From NCBI GenBank assembly GCA_963827115.1, contig CAWGZS010000002.1, positions 47,323 to 111,322 of the forward strand: a DNA stretch of 64,000 bases. Direction: 5' to 3'. This document shows positions 58,222 through 64,000 of the stretch, one piece after another. The notes below the pieces were generated by a model. It saw nothing but the letters and a program-made list of their open reading frames with translations. It was not told the origin of the DNA and did not search any database. Source of the DNA: an uncultured Acidimicrobiaceae bacterium (lineage in GTDB: Bacteria > Actinomycetota > Acidimicrobiia > Acidimicrobiales > RAAP-2). Each line of letters opens with the position of its first letter. Position 1 is the first letter of the stretch. Both the position numbers and the translations under genes were made by a program.

Positions 58222-59300
58222 GTGGTGGCCGGACCGGGCTCGTCGTTGACCATTCCTGGCATCATCGCGACCGAGATCATTCAGGCGCTTGCTCAGTCGA
58301 ACTCGGTCACCCGCATCGAAGTGGACCTCGGGCTCCATTACAAGGCGGGCATTCATCGTGCTCCTTCCTTGGCGGCCGCGCACGATGAAGTGAGAAGCGA
58401 GAATATTGTTCGTCACCGAGCGCCGAGCGAATTGCGACTTCGCACGCAGGCCTTTCGCGATTGGATAGAGCCCGACACCCATACGCCATCGCCTACGCGT
58501 GGCCCGGCAACAACAACGGTTGGATCAATCAGTTCTTCGGGGTCGCCAGGGCAGCAGCGCAAGACCGTCGTGCTGTGCGAGAGTCTTCCTAGGTCGGCAA
58601 AACACGGGCGGTCTCACTTGCTGCGATGCTGAGTCGCGCGGACCACGTCATCGTCGGTGACGCGTCGGACGCCGCCGAGCTTCGTGCAGCATTTGGATCG
58701 TCGAGCACCGCGTGGAAGCCCATCATGCTTTGTCGCTCGGTGGCCGCAGCGGACAATCGTTGGTTCATCAGATCACCGCTTTCCTCCCCAAGGACGATAG
58801 TGACATGCTGTTCTCGCTCTTGGCGGCGTTCGACGCCATCCCGGAGGCGTGGATTGAGGGCTATCAACTCCAAGTCGTGATGCGCAACAGCGACGAGGCG
58901 ATACCCGCCATGGTCGCGAGCAGTTATCACTTCGACCACGTACGACTCATTAGTGAGGACATCTCGTCGCTCGACTTTGAAAAACTGTGCTCGACGTCGT
59001 CCGCGCTGATCGTCGCTGACCCTGGACTCGATTCGCGGGCCTTTTCGACGGCGGTCAATTGTGGCATGGCCACGGTGGTGCTCGCGAAGTCGCTCCTTCC
59101 TGAAGCGGGGCGAGGATACGTGGGCGGACTCATGGCCGAACTCGGAAAGCCCGCGTCGATTTACGTGGCACTCACGCACGCCTTGCGACTCGCGGAACTA
59201 CGTTTCCCCACCCCGAATCCTGGCTTGAGCTGGCCCAGCTTCTGGATCGTTCCCGCGAACGCGAACCCACCCGGCCAGGTGTCCTGGAGTCGACGAACCA
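58222..59300 (+). pseudogene. GT-B-fold (GT4-like) glycosyltransferase remnant spread over at least three frames
   Basis: Pieces in track ORFs 58222-58632, 58626-58880 (LSRADHVIVGDASDAAELRAAFG) and 58712-59398 (ALIVADPGLDSRAFSTAVNCGMATVVLAKSLLPEAG...). The similarity to GT4 is by eye and weaker than for the GT2 genes. Confidence 0.45.
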
Positions 59301-59306
59301 GGCTTA

Positions 59307-60318
59307 ATGAGCGTTTCCGTAGTCATTTGTGCGTACACCATGGACCGCTGGGACGACATCGTGGCTGCCGTGCAGTCTTGCGTCGATCAGACGGTTAAAA
59401 CCCGACGAGATAGTGGTGGTCATCGACTACAACGACGAACTTGTGACTCGTGCGAAACGAGAGTTGACAGACGCGCGCGTCGTGGCCAACCAATCGACGA
59501 AGGGGCTCTCGGGTGCTCGCAATACTGGCGTCGTCGTGTCGACCGGCGATGTCATCGCGTTCTTGGACGACGACGCGTACGCCGAAGCGGAGTGGCTTGA
59601 ACACTTGTGGCGCCGCTTCAGGACCCAGTGGTCGCCGGTACGGGTGGTTGGGTCGTCCCGCACTGGGAGGGAGACCCCCGCGTGGTTTCCCGAGACGTTT
59701 TACTGGGTCTTCGGTTGCAGTTACGCGGGCCTGCCTGCTGACGGTCGCCGATTCGAAATCCGATCGGCGCGAACATGGCGATGCGTCGAAGAGTCTTCTC
59801 ATCGGTCGGCGGGTTCACGTCGGGAATTGGTCGCATCGGTAAATTCCCCTCGGCTGTGAGGAAACGGAGCTCTGCATTCGTTACAAGGCGCGTCATCCGA
59901 ACGAGGGCTTTCAACTTGCGCGAAAGCCATAGTGCATCATCGAGTGCCGCAATCTCGACTCACGTGGCAATACTTCTGGACGCGCTGCTGGGCCGAGGGA
60001 CTCTCCAAGGCGGCGGTGACGTCGTTGGTTGGCTCAGGTTCGGGCCTCTCTTCGGAACGCGACTACGTCGTCCACGCTTTGCCCCAAGAGTTCTTGAGGA
60101 ATGCGCGTTCATTGCGAAAGGAGCCGCGAACAAACGGCACTCGAATGCTGCTGCTCGTCGCAGGATCACTCATCACAGTCGCGGGAATGTTGCGTGGTCG
60201 TCGCGCTTCGACGACTCCATTCTCCGTGGCGTCGACGACTTGGACTGCTCTCGGACGAGTTACGTCGACGAAGAAGGTTAGGTTCGTCTATCTACCCGCA
60301 GGTAGGGTTGATTTGTGA
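59307..60318 (+). pseudogene. GT2-family glycosyltransferase crossing six frame changes
   Basis: MSVSVVICAYTMDRWDDIVAAVQSCVDQTVK | PDEIVVVIDYNDEL...AFLDDDAYAEAEWLEHL | VAPLQDPVVAGTGGWVVPHWEGDPR | WFPETFYWVFGCSYAGLPADG | PIRNPIGANMAMRRRVFSSVGGFTSGIGRIGKFP | LGCEETELCIRYKARHPNEGFQLARK | IVHHRVPQSRLTWQYFWTRCWAEGLSKA... The segments alternate between the three plus frames. Confidence 0.7.
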
Positions 60319-60510
60319 AAATGTCAGCGCTGTGGACTGGAACCAGACGAAGAGCGACACGATTGAGAGTATTCAGAACCGTGGCGGCCGATCAAGATCG
60401 TTCAATTCGACATTGACTCGTTGTCCAAGCGTCATCGTTGCCAAGCGAGTTGCCGGGTGATCGACTGTGGGTTGAAGTAAGACACGAGGGACAGGTCGTC
60501 GGGGTGATCG

Positions 60511-61586
60511 ATGCCCGTGTTGGTCGACCAAGGTGGCTGGAAATCATCGTTAATTGAACCTGAGACGATGTGTCGACACGTTTCCGCGACGTGCCGCTCT
60601 CGACGTATGCGAACGGTTGCGGACGACTTGTTGCCTAAGGCTTCGATCGTTGTACCGACGATATGTGAGGATCCCGATGAACTTAGCACGCACAGTCGCC
60701 TCTCTGCTCGCGCTCGATTATCCGGAGTTCGAGATCCTGGTGGTTGACAACAGAACGAGCGAAAGTCCGACGATGTTGCCAAAGGTCAATTTTCCCCTGA
60801 TGCTCGGGTACATACCGTTACGGAACGCACGCGCGGTGCGTCCGCTGCGCGCAATACGGGTATTGCGATGTCGACTGGAGAGTTCGTTGCTTTTACCGAC
60901 GACGACGCCGTCGTCGATCGGAATTGGCTCCGAGTCCTGGGGGGCTCGGTTCGCGCTCAGTGAGGAAGTTGAGGCTATTGGAAGTTTCGTACTGCCGATG
61001 GACCTCGAGACGGTGGCCCAACTCTGGTTCGAGGAATACTACGGTGGCTTCAGTCCCTCGTTTCTCGGCAGTCAATCATGACCATACCCTCGAGGAGCAC
61101 TGCTGGATCGAGCCCCCTTTTTCCCCATGCGCCTGGAGTCTTCGGCGCCGGCTGCAACATGGCCTTTCGTCGTTCGACGCTCCAGAAGAATGGGCGGCTT
61201 TAATACGTGCCTCGGACCGGGAACGCCAACCAAGGGCGGCGAAGATCCGGCCCTCTTCGTCAAGCTTGACACTGACCGGGGCGAGCCTTGCCTTTGAACC
61301 CGCCGCCCTCGTTCGCCACACACACCGCCACACGCAGAGCGAATTCGTGAGCCAGGTATTCGGTTACGGTACCGGTTTGACTGCAATGTATACCGCTTTG
61401 GTAGCACGCGAACCGCGGCAATTACTTGCTCTACTAAAAAGCGATTGCCAGTTGGCTTTCGGTTGCTCACGCTTGACAGAAGACCCAACTGGCTCAGCGA
61501 TGGTCGGGTCCCCAAGTTATCCACGACACACGATCGACTTACCAATTGCTCGGCATGATCTATGGGCCAGTGGCCTACGCACGTAG
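60511..61586 (+). pseudogene. second long GT2-family glycosyltransferase, multiply frameshifted
   Basis: The pieces LPKASIVVPTICEDPDEL / RTVASLLALDYPEFEILVVDNRTSE / ...AARNTGIAMSTGEFVAFTDDDAVVDRNWL / ...GGEDPALFVKL / LAFEPAALVRHTHRHTQSEFVSQVFGYGTGLTAMY are found in different plus frames (track ORFs 60511-60747, 60554-61081, 60924-61586, plus unlisted stretches). Confidence 0.6.
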
Positions 61587-61653
61587 TGCGGCGCGATTTA
61601 GGTGGAAGAGGTGAGTCAAAGATTCGTGGCGATGGTGACTCGACACGTATCGG

Positions 61654-64000
61654 TTGGGAGCGCAAATGAGTTCCGTCTCGGAAGGCGCGCAACAGGGTGT
61701 GGCCCCTTTAGCCGACGCGCAGGTTTACGATCGGCGAGATCGTCGGGTTGCGCGTCGCGGGTGGGACCCGCGGGCAATTGTTTCATTGATATTGCTCGCC
61801 GTGGACTTGACCGTTCTGGATATGACGGTCGGAAGTGTCCACGGATCGGTTCGGCTCGTTCTTGGGCTCGTACTCGGTTGCTTCGTTCCGGGATGGTCAA
61901 TTGTGGGATTACTCAAGATCGGGAATGCATGGTTCTATGTGATGTTTGACGGTGGCGGTCAGCTTGGCTCTGCTCATGGTCGTTGCACAAATACTGATAA
62001 CGATGAAAGCCTGGCATCTCGTCTTGCTTCAGGAGGTTACCTGTGAGGCCTGCCTCCCCTCTGTGATCGGCATCGGCGAGGTCGCCGTCGGGTGCGAAGG
62101 CGAGCGAGATGAACGTTCTTCTCGCCACTAAACTTCAGTGAGTTTTCGTCAGCGCCTGGCATATTCATCGTGCTCATCGCGGCGACTGTTCTTCTGTCGG
62201 TGTGGGTGTGGACCCAGACTATCAATCTGAAATTGACCCGTCCGGTTTCCATTCTTATGGACGTGGTGATCACTCTTCTCGTGGCATCCTTCCTTCTCCT
62301 CGTCTTCATCAGGTTCAAGACCCTTGCCTAAAATGGAATCAGTCGAAGGAGTGTTTCGCGACACGGGTTCATATCTGCGCGTCCGGTTGCTTATCAATGG
62401 GTTCTCCCGGACTTGGTCTAATCGCCATCGTGATGTGGATCGTCGCCGTCCACGAGGCACATTTCTTGAGCATGGGTCCATTTGGATTGGTCAGGGTGGG
62501 CTGAAGTGGCCCTATTTTGCAGGACTCGCACTGGTCGCGGCTGGGATTAGCTCTTCGAATTGCTTCCCCACACACCGTTGCGGTCGAAGCGCCTCGTGTT
62601 TTTGATTGTCGTGCTGGTGGTGTTTCTCTTTGCTACCGATCGGCGGTTGAGCCAATTGCCGGGACGAATCGGCCTTTGTAATCGCCGGATTTGTGCAGCA
62701 CATATACCTCCACGGACAACCAATGATTAATTACGATGCGAGATTCTCATGGCCCGCGATGATCCTGCCCTCGGTGCGGTGCTCGTCGCTTTCGCGGGTC
62801 AGACGAATGCCTTGCGCTTATCTGGGCTGGTTTCCCTTCATCATTGAGTTGCTCTACTTGCCGGCGCTGCTCGTAATTGCACGGTTTAGTGGCGTTGGCC
62901 GGCGAGCGGGCTTTCTTGGTGTCGCGTTGTTCTATGCATCCAACTGGATCTATCAGGATTATTTCTCTCCACAAGCGCTTAACTACCTTTCTTCCTCGCG
63001 GCCGTTGCTTGTGTCCTGTTTTGCTGGCAGCCCAGAGTGAGCCACAGAATCAAACGTTTTCGTGGAGGAATGTTGTGTATCGGATGTCTCAGAGTCGTGA
63101 CATATTTACCTCTTCTCGTCTCGCGGGTCGCGACACAGTGACAACCGTTAGCAGCCCGATTGTTCTCGGGATTCTTGCGTTACTCGGTCTTATCTTTCTG
63201 GCGTCCGCGATGAGCCATCAATTGACGCCTTACGCCATAATGTTGGCGCTCGCTGCCTGCCTGATAACACGCCGCATGGGCCGGGCCGGGCTGACCCATC
63301 GTTGCATCGTTACTTGCGGTTGGTTGGCTAAGCCTCGGCGCGAGCAACTACTGGGTCGGCCATCTGTCGGATATTTTCGGTTCGGCTGGGTACGCGGCAT
63401 CTTCGTACGGCTCGAACGTGACCAGTCGAGTAATTGGTAGTTCGACTCATAAGAACGTCGTCGATATTCGAATTCTGTTGACGGCAGCCCTTTACTTCTT
63501 GGGGGGCGTCGGTGTCCTTAGACGAGTACCAGACTCTCGCGTGCTGGAGATTCTTGTCGCCGCGCCCTTCCTATTGGTGGTTTTGCAAGATTACGGTGGC
63601 GAAGGGTCTCTTCTCGAGAGTGGTGCTCTTTGGATTGCCCTTCGTGTCCCTTCTTGCCGCGTCGGCAATTCTTCCTAACCGATTCGGTCCGATTCGGCCA
63701 GTCGTGCCAAAATTCTCGCTTGGTCGTTTTGGCCGTCCAATGCTTCGTGTGGTGACTTTCATCGTGGTGCTTGGCTTCGCGTTGGCCACCACTGTCGTTC
63801 GCGGTGGCAACGACGCTTATGAAGCATTCTCCACGGGAGAGTTGGCGGCAGTGAACTATGCCTATGACCACTCACAACCCGGTGAGGCGGTCGGAGTCGT
63901 GGCCCCTTACTTGCCGTTCGGTCAGCGAGACATTACGTCCGTGCAGGTGTTTGTGGCCTCGGGGGGAGGAACACCTTCCGTGGGTTCCGAGACGAAGAGT
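61654..64000 (+). pseudogene. large polytopic membrane protein (possible GT-C-type glycosyltransferase or polymerase), fragmented; runs off the window
   Basis: TM-rich pieces occur in all three plus frames: AIVSLILLAVDLTVLD...LVLGLVLGCFVPGWSIVGLL; TVAVSLALLMVVAQILI; GIFIVLIAATVLLSVWVW...VITLLVASFLLLVFI; HIYLHGQPMINYDARFSWPA; FPFIIELLYLPALLVIARF; SHQLTPYAIMLALAACLI. An open frame from ATG 63740 reaches position 64000. The family assignment is tentative. Confidence 0.45.

Noticed and set aside
60432-60782. 116 aa minus-strand ORF in the island
   Set aside because: It has no motifs and lies opposite the recognisable 5' part of the third GT2 gene.
56295-64000. Programmed ribosomal frameshifting or transcriptional slippage as the explanation for the broken glycan genes
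   Set aside because: There are too many switches, at least 15, in both directions. Most are not at slippery heptamers or long homopolymers. Several fragments are also separated by stop codons. Decay or sequence error is far more parsimonious.

Overview
High-G+C, origin-proximal chromosome segment with the gene order typical of Actinomycetota; I cannot name a genus from sequence alone. From 1 to about 55.5 kb it is dense, intact housekeeping DNA. On the minus strand: gyrA, gyrB, DUF721/dciA, recF, dnaN, dnaA. On the plus strand: rpmH (absent from the ORF track), rnpA, yidD, yidC, jag, rsmG, four perfect parS sites, parA, parB. Next comes the conserved minus-strand block: large secreted protein, murJ, DegV, small membrane protein, trxB, trxA, CwlM-like protein. 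After that: cca, ino1-padR, a DUF5318-like gene, panB, rpsF-ssb-rpsR-rplI, dnaB, a BNR-propeller protein, SDR, rlmN, MFS, a 2-oxoacid dehydrogenase E1a/E1b/E2 operon, and bcp. A minus-strand run follows (cysK-cysE, 4-Cys anchored protein, 16-Cys repeat protein, orphan response regulator, bcp), then a response regulator / cytoplasmic hybrid kinase / EAL module, and galE. From about 56.3 kb to the window end the character changes. A GH16 gene, three GT2 genes, a GT-B-like gene and a large polytopic membrane protein are all recognisable, but every one is broken by closely spaced single-base frame changes. From about 57 kb the DNA is also visibly less G+C-rich. I recognised no rRNA, tRNA, CRISPR array, transposase or integrase, but I only scanned by eye. 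The items most worth a second look are: (1) the serially frameshifted glycan-biosynthesis locus; (2) trxA and a CwlM-like ORF lying in one frame, separated by a single TAG, with a whole PG-binding domain lacking any canonical start; (3) a secreted protein made of eight 56-59 aa repeats, each with a C-x5-C pair, in a thiol-themed gene run with an orphan regulator; (4) four identical parS sites, one inside a 34-bp perfect palindrome; (5) a textbook intrinsic-terminator hairpin inside the conserved 5' coding part of rsmG. Several ORF-track starts were shortened where homology, neighbouring genes or Shine-Dalgarno sequences supported a later start.
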